Origin: Octopus sinensis
Taxonomy: Eukaryota
Assembly: GCF_006345805.1 (NCBI RefSeq)
Contig: NC_042997.1
Span: forward strand, 43,276,001-43,340,000
DNA: 64,000 nucleotides
Direction: 5' to 3'
Positions 63,508 to 64,000 of this stretch are shown in pieces (positions within the stretch are counted from its first letter, which is position 1; the number at the start of each line of letters is the position of its first letter). Below the pieces are notes generated by a model. That model was not told the DNA's origin, searched no databases, and saw only the letters and a program-made list of their open reading frames with translations. The position numbers and the translations under genes are program-made.

Positions 63508-63720
63508 TTGATAGAAATGGCAAGACAACAAAAGAATGAAAGAGACCTTGATGTTATGTAAATAGAGGAATTTATCTGTAAATATAATATGTGACATTTA
63601 TTCGGTAGCCATGATAAAACTCTGAGTTTCGGATGTTGGGGCAGAAACCCAAGCCAGCATGAGTTTCCGCCCCGACATCCAAAACTGAGTTTTATCATGG
63701 CTACCAAATAATTGTCACAT

Positions 63721-64000
63721 GACCGAGACCTTTGGAAATATGCTGTGCATGAAAAGACCAGGCAGGACAAGTGAGCCCAGCCCACTTATGCATGCCTTTC
63801 CTCCCTTGGACACACAAAGACCTGTTGAGACAAGCGAAGTCGATATCGAACCTCATCCGACGACAGGCACCTATGCCAACCCCACTTTGCTTGTGAAGAC
63901 CTGGTGGGGCAAATGAAATCGAAATCGGAATCGAAATTGAATCAATCCTATGACTGGCACCTAGCACATGCCAGGACCCCTGGACTGGAGATACGTAAAA
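63721..64000 (+). mobile_element. RTE LINE 3' end (runs off the window)
   Basis: DRDLWKYAVHEKTRQDK* matches 31950-32100. Confidence 0.8.

Overview
AT-rich, microsatellite- and transposon-dense eukaryotic genomic DNA; the SINE/RTE repeat families and base composition look like a cephalopod (Octopus-type) genome (inference). The only host gene I can support is the 5' part of a sterol O-acyltransferase (SOAT/ACAT, MBOAT family) on the + strand. It has six phase-consistent GT-AG coding exons (22453-22519, 34529-34605, 36969-37093, 53642-53704, 57135-57242, 59949-60097; 589 nt) and continues beyond the window. The spliced product is MAEMDCGARLRFPNGDIKMSNYEDGQANSFSTPLKQQVNLQRIRDRAEKLQADLIEQMSRELECLFEEFVSEVEQIEQNPQSLFEIKPNRVKRKDGELPEKVFVNRRSVLTELLEITHIQTIYNIFVAILLVFSLNTIVYDLIDTGRLHLDFNLIQWAFGKFPKVMALWVCMQLATLLIFYPAFYYWASSKKIRPY. 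Nearly all listed six-frame ORFs are spurious or transposon debris: three SINE families, RTE and CR1 LINEs, a Penelope-type RT remnant, a decayed Gypsy element, two solo LTRs, non-autonomous Helitrons, and Tc1/mariner, hAT and piggyBac-type MITEs. The most interesting signals are: (i) minimal hammerhead-ribozyme cores and related fold-back palindromes, two of them sense-oriented in SOAT intron 3; (ii) a chimeric RTE insertion carrying an inverted copy of local DNA; (iii) a head-to-tail Helitron dimer with a 171-bp flank duplication just upstream of the SOAT start; (iv) a PHD finger inside the RT domain of an RTE LINE. I cannot claim that any of these is a wholly undescribed system. Coordinates were counted by hand, and repeat boundaries may be off by a few bases.
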